In this document: positions 37,696 to 49,346 of the stretch, piece by piece
Layout of the letters: each line of letters begins with the position of its first letter
Position numbering within the stretch: position 1 is the first letter of the stretch
NCBI GenBank assembly: GCA_009103225.1
Contig: RHPI01001037.1
Coordinates: 1,484,551 to 1,548,550, forward strand
Direction: 5' to 3'
Source: Chlorokybus atmophyticus
Taxonomy: Eukaryota; Plantae; Mesostigma and Chlorokybus algae
Length of the DNA: 64,000 nt
Translations under genes and position numbers: made by a program
Notes under the pieces: generated by a model
What the model was told of the DNA's origin: nothing
The model's input: the letters and a program-made list of their open reading frames with translations, nothing else
Databases searched by the model: none

Positions 37696-38145
37696 CAAAT
37701 GAGAGAGAGCTGTACTGTTGATATCGCAAAAGGCAAGTGGCGGCTTGCGCAAGGCGGCGGCGAACTGGCTGAACTGCATGCTGCAGGCTTGCAGCGGGTG
37801 ATTTAGGATAGCCAGCATGCATTGAGGGCCGCTTGATTCTTGCTGTAGCTATGTGTAGTACTATTGGCAGTGGTAGCGTTAGTTGTACAGCAGGTATTGC
37901 TACTTGAAGCCAGCTCTATGTAGGCGCTACTAGTCTCAAGAGCATGAGGGACGTTCTGCAAGGGTGAGCTACCTTACTTCAAGGGCGGAAGCTGCGGTTG
38001 AGAGGAGAAGAATTGCGGCAAGGGCTGAACCCTTTGCTTCTTGCCTGTCAACAAGCAGCCTGAAGGCTGCCTGAACCCCTAAACAAGGCGAGCTTCCAGT
38101 TCTCTAGACTTGCGGAGCTTCGGCTACTGCCCCCAGCCAGGCAGG

Positions 38146-41100
38146 ATGGCGAGCCCGCCCGCCATGGACGATCTTCAGGCGGCGCTCCACCTGCTGGCGG
38201 AAGCGGTCTCTATAGCGGGACCTCATGCTATGGTAAGAACTTGTGCCGTTTGCTGCTGTGAAGACCCAGTGTGCAGTAAGAACCCTAGCCTTGCATTTCA
38301 ATTCTTCAGTGGAGCTCTCTGCTCTGCTCAGCGAAGCTCGGAGTACATAACACCCGGGCTGGCTCCTCCAAGTCACTTTGCCCTTTGGGGTTAGCCATGT
38401 GGCAATTTGTTTCTGCCCTATCAAGGGCTGCACGACACAGTGTTGAACCCAGCGCCTGCATCGTTACCCCAGCGCAAGCTCCGGCCGACCAGTGTCAATG
38501 TAATAACTGCTTGCCAATTGGGTTCCCAGTGGGTCTGACCTGTTTCAGCTACCAAGTTTGCAGGCAGCAAGTTGTGTAGGGGTAACTGTTGCTCTGGCTA
38601 CTGTCTTGCTGCTTAGTATACATTCTTCCCAAATGCGTTGGGCCCCATGCCAAGCTCAACCACATGCCGTAAGCATCTTCCAAGGGTTTTTACAATCTTT
38701 CTCATGGCTGGCTCAGTATTATCAGATGACTTCGCCCACGCAAGCGACGTGTTACGGTGACAATTTGCCCAGCGCTTTCCCGATTAGCTGATACTGCTTT
38801 ACGCCTTTGCTTGCAGAGGTTTCCTGGAAGAGACGCTCTGAAGAGCGCAGGCCATTCCTGGTAAGAGCGCAGCTGTTGCTCTTTGCTGTGTGACATTACA
38901 ATGTTGGGTAAGCTGTGCTATCTTCTTAAGCAAGCACTTTTGCATCACGCTGGCGTGTCTGCAGGAAGAAGGGCATTAATGTACTGAAGCAGCTCAAGCT
39001 CGCAACAACCGAGCCGTCAAGTGGAACGTACGTGTGCTTGCAATTTCCAGAATAACCGCTAAAGCTGTTCTGTCACAGTAGCTGCTGCTATTGACTTGTG
39101 CAGTGTAGCTGCACTGCAGTAACGAGTCTGTGCGCGTGCTCGTAGTGTGAACAAAACAATACCTGCGGTTGCTTGTAGGTATGTGGCTGAGGGCGTTGAC
39201 GGCTTGGGCGGCGCCAGGGACGTTCTTGCCGCCATCACCGAGCGCTGGCAGGATGGCGGAGACAATCATGAATGGCGAGCAGTCTGCCGCGCTGCAAAGC
39301 AGGTATCATTTGGTTGACAACGCAGCACGTGTAGAGCCTGAACAGAATTGTCCATACATTTCTTCTGCTGCAGAGCTGATGTGATTTGCATGTTTCTAAC
39401 TTGCAATGACCTTGATGTTCCTATCATATGCCAACTGCTGCTTGTGTTGCAGCTTCAAGTGCATGAACAAGATGACACACCGGCACGAGCACATGTGGTG
39501 AAAAAGCACACAGGCGAAATACACCGTCGCATACTTGCATTAAAGGTGAGCACCAGCAAAGCTACTGGAAAACTGCAGCACAGCTGCAAATGCCTATCCA
39601 TGCGCTTACCACCTCCTCTCATGACAGCACGAGGTGCTCGCTGTGGAGTCCGCCATCCCAAGAGCTCTGCTTCCTGCTTGGCGTGTTGGCTCGCGCACAA
39701 GCGCCCGCAGCAAATGGGCAGAAGACACACGAGTCGCCGAAACCATTGCGCAGGTACACACATTGTACCAGCAGTCAACTCTTGACAACTAATGTAATGA
39801 TGTCTTTTGTCATGTCATGTGTCATTACCACCAGGTAGGAGCTTCTGTCGCCACCCTGCAAGAAGCGCTGGCCAATCAGAGCCATGGCGGCTTCATCCAT
39901 GTGGGAGACCTCGACGGTTGGAAGCGTTCAGTGCTTCAGGCCCAGACATTTGCCACAGTAAGTCGCACAATCTCAATGTGACCAACGTGCAACAATTGCA
40001 AGAATGTTTTACACTTGTCCACATAACTGTGCTTGACACAGGTGGAAGCGCGATGGCTAGCTTTGCGGGAGGACATCCGCCAGATGGTGCGACAGCTGCA
40101 CAAAGACATAAATGAAGGACACATGCGCAACGGCGCCGCCACCGCCAGCACGCACGACCTGCGCATGCGGCCTGGACAAGCCAAGATTGCTCTGCCTGAG
40201 GAAGATGACATCGCTGATGAGACGCTCTTGCCACCCGCCGGCTTGCATGCAAGTGAGCAAAGAAAGACCACAACCAACTGCTCTGCTCAAAGCATGCACC
40301 ATTGCAAACCTCTGTAGCTCAGTATTTGCTTCTGTTGTGTGCATGCAGTACCGCGCATCCTCACCGTGTCGCCAAGCGTGCGCTGGTCCCAGGAGCGCCT
40401 CGACGTTGCTGTCGGCGTCGTGTACAATATCCTCTACTCTCTTCCATCCAACCAAGGCCTTGAGCGCCAAGACTTGCGCGACAAAGCCCGCCAGGTGCGA
40501 TGGTGTTCCTTCAACGTCTTTGTAGCAACTGTGATGTGCTCATTAATGTTACACGCATCAAACCTTCAAGGAAATTTTAACTTTTATATGCCAGTATATT
40601 GGAGACACGGGGCTTCTTGACAACGTGTTGAAGAACCTTGTCGGGAAGCGCATCGCGGGGAAGGTTGTTGACCGCAGGCACAGTGCGAAAACCAGCCGGT
40701 GGGAGTACAGGTTGATCGAGGCTGCCGTGGGTGACGCCAATCACAACAATACTGCCGCGAGCGATGATGACAGCAATGACCGCGACGCGGCGCGAAGGAA
40801 TGCGCGGCGCACGAGTGCAGCAGCCAGGAGGAAAGCCTGCAGCAAGGCTGGTAGGCCAGATGAGGATGAGGATGAAAATGAGGATGAGCCGCGCCCGCGT
40901 GCACGCCGGCAACCGCAGCGCAGCACGAAGAAAAGGAACAGTAATCGGAGGGCCTCAGTGCTGTCTTACAGCGATGAAGCTGTTGTCAAGGCCACCCCAA
41001 AGCGCCGCCGCATCCCAGCCTCAGGTGTGAGAGAATATGCTTGCCTGCAAGCAACATGTTGCTGATTGGCATCCTGATTGCCAAGTTGTCATGTGGCTAC

Positions 41101-41904
41101 CGTTGCAACCGTCCCAACTTTACTGAAACTAGAATAACTCAGCTTGTTTGCATCAGGTGATGATGAGGCCTGGTCGCTGCCGGACCCTGAGGCCCTTGTG
41201 CGCGGCGCCAGCAGCTCCGCAGCTCCGACCGCCGCATGCACCCGTCAACGGCTGAGACTGGCCAGGAGGCGGGCACAAAGCTCCGCCGAGTCTGATGATG
41301 AAGCCTCGCAGACACCTCGTTCACATGCACCACGGGTGAGTGTGCCAAAACAAGAACGACAACAACAACATGTTTTACTTGGTATTGTTTCACGCTTATG
41401 TTGGGTTTTGCTGCGCAGAGAAACGGCAGGTCTGCTGCTCAGGTTGAGCGAGAGTGTGAACAGCGTAGCGACAATAACAACGAATCACACTCCAATGAAC
41501 AACAAGGTGGTGACGCCTTCAATGGAGAGCCACAAGTGCACACGCCCGCGTTTCGCTGCGACCGCTACCGCGGCCTCAAGAACAAACAACGGGTATGCAC
41601 ATGGGGTATGTACCACATCAAGATAAGGTGGCTTATATATCAACATGCTGGTTATTGATAGAAAGTTGCTGGTGAGCCTGTGAAGCCATGCCAGCAGGCG
41701 GCTGGCGAGGTCGACGAGGTGGACCTCGACAACAACAATAACAACACCATCAGCGCGTACGTGAACGCGCAGCACGACGGCGCGGCCATGGCGCTCGTGG
41801 CAATGCGCAAAGACCTGTGCAGCAGCGACAACAACTGCGAGTTCGTGCCGCCACCCACACCGGTGCCGCACAACTACTTCCCGCAAAGAGCAGCACCCTC
41901 ATAA
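38146..41904 (+). CDS. Protein with a DYAD/AMEIOTIC1-MMD1/MS1-type winged-helix domain; no PHD finger seen
   Basis: ATG at 38146 and multiple GT-AG exons. The splice 40494/40595 gives RWSQERLDVAVGVVYNIL...LERQDLRDKARQ|YIGDTGLLDNVLKNLVGKRIAGKVVDRRHSAKTSRWEYRL, matching the family signature RWS.ER...R..AR..IGDTGLLD..LK...EY.L. A basic/acidic low-complexity tail follows. Some middle exon boundaries are approximate. Confidence 0.75.
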
Positions 41905-43242
41905 CCAACACTAGGTTCAAAATCATAGCATGCGCGTGCGTGTGACAAGGCTTTTTTTCATGAGGCTGATACGCAAGCATTGCGCATCAGCTTGATAGCC
42001 ATTTGCAGCAGAATACTTGTAGTCACACTGGGAGAAGGGCTTCTCGCAGTGCACATTTGCGTCATTACAGGCTAGTGCTCAGCACAGCACAAAGGCAGCG
42101 CCAATTGGTAGGTGTTAGGTGATTGAAGTTATTTGCTTGCGTGGTAGTGGTGTACAACTACTTCTGTTCAATTGCAGCATGTGTTTGTACATACAATGCG
42201 AAACGGCAATGCACATGCATAGTGGCATGCACAGTCAGCAGCATACAGAGTGACATAGCGCATACCAACAACACCATTGTCAGGTTGACCACCGGGTCCA
42301 TTCACTACCTCACACGCTGCACTATCCCTACCTGTGTTGATAAACTTCATGCCTTGAGTGCCACCAGTGCGCTACAGTGCATGAAGGCGACATCACAGTG
42401 GTACACAGGAAATGCGAGGTGCTAATGCGAACATGCGAACATGCATACGTGCAAGTAAAGTGTTTGCAGTATTTGAACCATGTACACGAAGCAGAATGTG
42501 ACCCAACCATGGCGCTGGTGCAGGCAGCTGCAATGCATGCATGTCTAACAGGGGGGCAGTAGTGATAGGGGTAGGGGTAGTAGGAGGATAGCATGCAAGC
42601 GCATGCCTCGACCCAGTGGTCAAATTGGTTTGTGCTTGTTATGTGGTTGTGGCACTGCGTGTTCATGTAGATTTACATTTGTAAATTGTTTTTTGCGTCT
42701 TATGTACACGCTGAGTGGAGCAAGCTGAACTGAATTGCTGAGCCCTGATCTCACTCCAGATTAAATGCAGTCAGTCCAAATGCATGTTGGTTCAAACCAG
42801 CTTAGCTTGGGCTGGTTGTAGCCCGTATAAACAGACTGCCAGGATTGCGCCATGCATGAGAGCCCGTATCTTCTATGAGTACTGATATGCAGTGGTGTTA
42901 CACGGTAAAGTAAATGTGCGCAGCAAACGCCATTACATGCGCACAGCCGCATGCGCACTCAAGCATACATGTGTTGCACCTAGCATTTTCTGTACACACC
43001 CACGCACACTATGAGCCATGTACACATGTGAGCGAGCACCCCGTACACACACATTGCATGCCTAATTGATGCGAGTTCCTGAGCCCCTACACGATTCAGC
43101 TCGAATTGGCAAGCATCTGACGCGCCTGGCAGTGTGTGGGTTCTCTGTACCATGTCTCTCCGCTACGCTACGCAGGACAATGTTATAAACCACAACGTAC
43201 TGTTATATCTATGTGCTCAGCAAGGACCAACCAATGTCCGCA

Positions 43243-46211
43243 TCAGGAGGCTCTCTTGCGCACGCGAGCGATGAAAAGGCCCCCCGTTCGCGACGTCAAC
43301 GGGTCGAACCGCAGCGTATGAGCGATATCGCCCTGGCGGCAGGGCCAGTGCGCAGCATTTGGGACTGCTTCCAAACCTGAGGAAGAGAGGTTTAAATCAA
43401 CTTGTTGACAAGTATGGCTCTCACATAGTGAAGAGGGGTGGGTGTTATGAGGTGTTCACTGACTTGCGTCTGTACGGGTGTCAAGGAGCCACTGCACGAT
43501 GTCTTCGTTCTGCGCTCGCGTCAGACTGCATCATAGAACAATGAAAGCCGTCCATCAGCAAGTGTTCATGAGAATGATGGATATGTGCGTTTGTGCGTGC
43601 AGTGTGTGCATGTCCGTGTGCGTGCACGTGCGCTTGCGCGCATGTTTCTCACAACCCAACTAGTCACTCAAGATGTGAGCTCCACCTGCACGTGCTGTAC
43701 ACGAGTGTGCCGCCGGGACGCAAAAGCCGAAAACCATTTGCAATCAGCCCGCGCTGCAGCAAGAGCCGACAGTTAAAGAAACGAACAACAAGACATCACT
43801 CATATTGATGTACAGGAAATCCATTGCACACCGATTGGTACATACCTGCAAAGTGCGCAAAGCTGCCAGCCGCTCCGGGCTGAACAGATCAGCGTGCTCG
43901 CGAATGAACCCCTCGTTCATCAGAATGTGCTTGATGGAGCCGTCATTACTGCACTCCGCGTCAACAAGAACCTATGCTGCAGCCGCCACACACATCAGTT
44001 GATAATTGGCTGACTTTCGCATCCGTAACGACTTGAAATGTTGCGACCACAACTCTGTCATTGACTCTCATACCTTATTGAATGAGTGCGGGAGAACAGC
44101 TGTGATCGCTTGAGGCCCGTAAAACAACTGAGGAGTTTGTTGATCCAAAGCAAACCGCCTCAGCAGGTCCTAAAACGACAATAAGTCAATCTCAATTCCT
44201 AAAACCACTTAGTCATACATGGTGTGACTGTCTTCTGATTGTCTATCAGTGTGGTACTCAAAATCCTCAGCATACCTTTTTGGCCTTGTCTTTGAGTCTA
44301 CCTCTCGCCCGCTTCGACAGCTTGTCGTGTTGTTGTTGTGTTGTCACAACAGCACCACCAACATCGCTTTTACTTTTGTTGCCCGTACATACCTTTTCCG
44401 GCTGGAATTTCGTGCCATCGGCCAACACCAGGAAGCAATTGGACAGCCTATGGAAAATGTGAACTGTTCGTTACCCAATCAATGAACTGTTAGATAGATT
44501 TCACAACGTGTGATACCCCCATCAAACACAATTCGCAACAACCTGTACCTGTATTTCTTGAGCATTGTGCGGCAAGCGGCGAGGCGCCTAGGGGCGATAT
44601 CCACTGCGGTGACTGTGCCTGCACTGGCGATAGCGCCAGTGTTAAGGTTATCGGCCGCTGCTTGTGAGGGCGAAAGACAGTCCGCCAACATGCAAAGCTT
44701 CGCCCCTACAAAGGTGTTATGTATGTCACTATCAGTGTCACGACAGTTACATAACAGCACAGCAGCATATGTGTTGATTGAAACACACACATTCTCACCT
44801 GGAGCTGCACACAAGTCGAGAACGTTGTCGCCTGGCCTCACGTCCAAGGCTGTGACGGCCGCGCCCGATGCCGCATCCATCCCGTATATCTGCTCCCAAC
44901 ATGGCAGTTGTTGAGACAATTGACGCAATTGTTTAGACAATTGTGTCAATGCGTGAAGAGTAGAATGCAGAGTGAGTGATTGCATGCAGTCTACTGAGTG
45001 TGTGGCTGTTATGGCAAGGCAATCAGGTGTGCATTGGGCACAGTTGGGTGTAGTTCAGCACATTCTTACCAGCGTACACACCCACGCTCACGCATGCACA
45101 CAAGCGCGCACGAACGCGTGCGCACATGCAGACGCTTGAGCACATACGCACACACACATGCATGCACGGTAACATGCACAAAAACATGCTCGCGTACACA
45201 CCCACGAGATCTGTGTGAGTAGCACACAGAGGCGCACACATGCACACGCGCGTGCGCTGGAGATGGCATGTACACATGCCCACATCATACACGCAAGCAC
45301 GCACACACGCGCGCATGCACAACCGTGCACACACACACGCTCACAGGCACAAGTGCCAGTGCACCTATGCACTCCATTCAAATCCCCCACACAGCACCCC
45401 AAACACCAAAGCTCACCAAGCCCTGCTTGTACGCCGGCAGCCTCGCAATGCCAATCTCCCCATCACAACCAACTTCACCATCATCGCCGCCGCGTTTCAG
45501 AACGTAAAACCCCGGCAGCCATCCCAGCGCGACAAGGCGTGTGTCGCTCAACAGTTGTTGGAATTGGAGTGTCTCGGGCGTTGTGCCGGGCTTCAACCTG
45601 TGAAAGAGTGGTGCTGTCATGCATGGAAGATTTGGTGGCGTGCGCCTGAGAGGCTGGCATTGCATGCTTGATTTATCAGAAACGTGGCATGCATGCGTTG
45701 TGTTCAACCTCGAATGCATGTACAACTGACCAATAACATAGTGACGAAGAACAAACAAGACGCTCTCACGCACGCAACTAACAAATGCACGCGCGAGAAC
45801 AAACAATGACAAAACCATAGGACCAGGAAGCTGGCCTTGGGCCAGCCTTCGGGGCCGTACTATTTGAAGGAGACAGACGAGAAAGCACAGCAACGAGGAA
45901 AGACTCAATGCGCTGACTCATGCAGAGCAGCAGCCAGCCATGACAACCGCCGGAGACCACAGCAGGACTACTATCAACAAACAAACTTCCGGCCTTCAAC
46001 TCAGCAGTTCCAATCGCACCGAATTCAACACAACAATATACCTTGTGTGTCGGGGTGGAGGGCGGCCGTTGTTGAGGTCATACAGGGCAACGTCCACTCC
46101 CTGGGCCTCCAGGAAGCGCCTCAGGCTCTCAGGCAGCAGCGCCGCTTGATGGTTTGCAGGGGCAAACGACGCCGTTTCAGCAGGAGAGAGTGCATTTCCC
46201 TCCTCCTGCAT
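43243..46211 (-). CDS. NOL1/NOP2/Sun (NSUN/RsmB) family SAM-dependent RNA cytosine-5 methyltransferase
   Basis: Exons give LPESLRRFLEAQG, RLKPG...WLPGFY...AYKQG, IYGMDAASGAAV.ALDVRPGDNVLDLCAAPG|AKL, VTAVDIAPRRLAACRTMLKKY, VLVDAECSNDGSIKHI (motif IV), LLRPGGTLVYSTCS|LTRAQNEDIV (motif VI) and LRFDP...GGLFIARVRK*. The start at 46211 (MQEEG) is probable. Confidence 0.9.
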
Positions 46212-46522
46212 GTGTGTAGCAAGGTAACGGACGCTGCCTGGACGCAGGACGCCGGTAATGCCACCGACGCCGCCACCGACGCTGCCGCCGTCTGCGTAGA
46301 ACCTTATCGCTATAGGCCGTGCAGATCTCTGCCTTGCTGTACGCATCTTCTCCGGCGTACTGAGTTTGGGCTGTTTGAGAACATTACTGCAGCTTGCATT
46401 GCATTAGCATCGCTAATTTAGCAAGGCTTTTTCTCTGCATTGTTACCAATATAAATGCAGTGCATAGGGTTTGATTCTAATCATTATAGTTTGTATTCAC
46501 TTATTGTACACAGTGTTTTACA

Positions 46523-46967
46523 TGTTACGAAATGAGAGGTTTCCATTAGGTCACATCAGCAAAAGGCGCTGATGGTTGAGGATTTAGTATGGATTGATGC
46601 TACAATCGTAACATTTACTCCCCCTGAGGATGTGAATGTCCCATTACCATCCAACCCAAAGGGACCTCGACCTACTTTCCGTGTATGGGAACTCACGTCA
46701 TCGACTGCTTTCCTACTCTAGGAATCGGCATTCACACGCGGCATTGCGACATGTCGCGGTGACTAGTGAAGGCTGCTCATTCGTGCTTTTTCTGCCTGCC
46801 TTGGACCAGGCCATGAACTTCTATCTCCCAACGAGAGTCGGACTCATAACCTTCGGCTTGCCAAGCCCCGATACCACTTGTAACGAAATGAGGGGTTTTC
46901 ATTAGGTCACTAGGTCACAGCAACAGGCGCTGATGGTTTAATATGGGTTCATGCTACAATTACAACA
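46523..46967 (-). mobile_element. TRIM (terminal-repeat retrotransposon in miniature), non-autonomous and diverged
   Basis: Two ~90 bp direct repeats lie at 46523-46613 (TGTTACGA...TCGTAACA, perfect terminal inverted repeat) and 46879-46967 (TGTAACGA...ACAACA). On the minus strand the 5' LTR is followed by AG then TGGTATCGGGGC (46876-46865, iMet-tRNA PBS-like), and AGGGGGAG (PPT, within 46614-46629) precedes the 3' LTR. The 265 bp internal region is non-coding. No clean TSD was found. Confidence 0.85.
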
Positions 46968-49346
46968 AGTGTGTACATGCATTGTTCTGAGTGCATTTCA
47001 CAAGATGCTCAAACTTCAATGTGACTTTGGATTGACATATATAGTATGATTGCAAGGTAGATCATCATTTGTAAGAAGGTGAGATTACGGTGTAGATTGA
47101 TTACGACCATTATCATAATCTTATTACTATCACTTGCTTGATTGCAGTATTTGGTGGCACAAAGTTAGCGCGTAATCCAGCCAAGTTGCATTAAGTTCTG
47201 TTATGCACTAAAAAAAAGAGTGCAAAAATAAATTTACTCGAGAAGCGCATACAAGCGTTTGTGTTTAATCATATGCACTTATTCAGTTTAAACCGTATTT
47301 GGGCCGATATTGCATACAATCCTGCAACTTGCATGATCCATGAATTTGTAATCTACAGCTCTACTTTGTGACACATCATCCAACCCATATTATATGAGAG
47401 GAGCCACAAAGCAAGATAGAACACCAGCTGTCACGCCCTTGCGGCTAGCTTGAATCACACTCAGGCCCTTACTTTTGTGGTAATAAGTAAAAAGAAGGAC
47501 TGATGTGAGGATTACATATAGTCATGGTGTGTGTAGCACATGACATACGTGCTCATAAGGTCAGTTTTTATGCACTCAGTATATGAGGACATAGTAGCTA
47601 TAAGAGCACTGTCTCAGACTGTACTAGTGGTGACTACTAATGCAGTAGTACTACCGTACTTCTGTATCAGTAAGTACGCGATTGGTCAGTGTCAAAGCGC
47701 AGATTTACTAAGGCAGAAAAAGTGCTGCATGTGTTTATGTGTCCGAGGGTGGACAAGGTCAGCCTATGTTAACAGGTCAGGCTGTCACATAGGTAAGTCA
47801 ATGCATTGGTGGCGAGGCCTTGTTGGCCTTGAACATGCTATGTGCCAGCTGCAGGTCGGAGAGCAGCGGTAAGAATATTATTACTTATGATAAAGGTGTG
47901 ACTACCACCTTGTGGTGGCAATAAGTTGCTGGCCTTGCAAGACTACTTGTATGTTGGGTGACTGAAGCTTGACTGAAGCTGTTAAAGGGGCTCTCCTTCC
48001 ACTCCCTTCAAGTTGTGGGTGTGGTTTTAGCAGGGGGCTGTTGCAATGTGTGTGGTAAATGTTCCCGAGCTGGGAGAAAGTTTGTGCAAGTAAGTAAGAG
48101 GTAAACGACACGGGTGCAGCAGGGCAGAACTTGTTTTGATTGATTAGCAACAGCACAACAATGCTGCATTATTACAGCTAGTTCAGCCATGGGGGCTACT
48201 TGTTTTGCGATGCCAAGCACTATATAACGCATTGTTTCAATGTGTAGAGCCGAAGGGTTGTAGAATCAAACGCTTAAATATTGTCATGTTTTAGGTTTTG
48301 GTTGGATAGGAAGTGATGGGTGGGGCGAAAAACGTCCAAGGGATTGTGCGTGCCATTAGCTCCCGACGAGGCAATGAATGTTATGGGCCATAACTCTTAT
48401 GACTGTAGCCTGATCTTATGTAGGTAAAGACATTTGGGCTATGCATGTTTCCAACATCCCTGTATTATTAGTTTAATCCACATTGTTGCGCATAAGTGAC
48501 TCGCATGTGCTCTGTCCTTGCCGCTCCGCGTTGTTGTTTGCATATCGTTCTGCAAGCACGGCGAGGGGCTGGTCTAGCGGTGGCGTTGCGTTAAGTGGTT
48601 GTCTTGGTCAGTCAAGGCCGAACCTCTCCCTCTGCCCCTCTGCCGTACTCCGGAGGTAGCTCCACCGCCACTGCTCCTGCTCCTGCCATCAATCCGTTGC
48701 TTTTGCACTGCACTCACATAGGACCCAAACCCCCATAGCTTAGCCTTATGATGCCTTGATTCGTTGATGTTGTTTAGCGATGCTTGCTGCCGCTCAAAAA
48801 GTGTCTTGCTTGTTGCTTTTTGCTATGCTACTAAGGGCACCGTTGCTCTACCATATGCACATAAGCAATAGAGGCTCCTCCTGAACAGCATGCAGCGTGT
48901 AATAACCAAATTATGTCAAGCTGCTTTATACGCAATGTCATGCGTGGCATCATTCACCAAGGCCACAGCTGTCCATCTGCTTGACACCATTCGGCGCTGT
49001 AACCCCATGGAGACATTGGCAATTCATGCGCAGCTGTTTTCCTGAACTCATCAACCGGTTATCCGGTTACCTTGCTCAAGGTCTCTGTTCATCAAATGAT
49101 AGACGATTTTTGTAATCAGCTGCTTACAGAAGGGGAGCTGCACGCATTCGACGACACCCACATCACTAGCTTGGCTACAGCGCAAAGGACGAGTTGGCGC
49201 TTGGAGAAGCCTCTGTCAAACCGGGTGCTTTGACGATCGTCACTGTTGGCCGGTTGCCAGCTGGCACCTGCAGAAGAATGGAACAACTGGTTGCTACACC
49301 TGAAAGAGCTTGCTGCAAGTACTGCATATACGTATGCGTGCAATGC

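Noticed and set aside
47000-48800. Possible small gene (MAGAGAVAVELPPEYG..., minus strand ~48690) or degraded retroelement sequence
   Set aside because: No consistent exon chain and no RT, integrase or other motif could be recognised.
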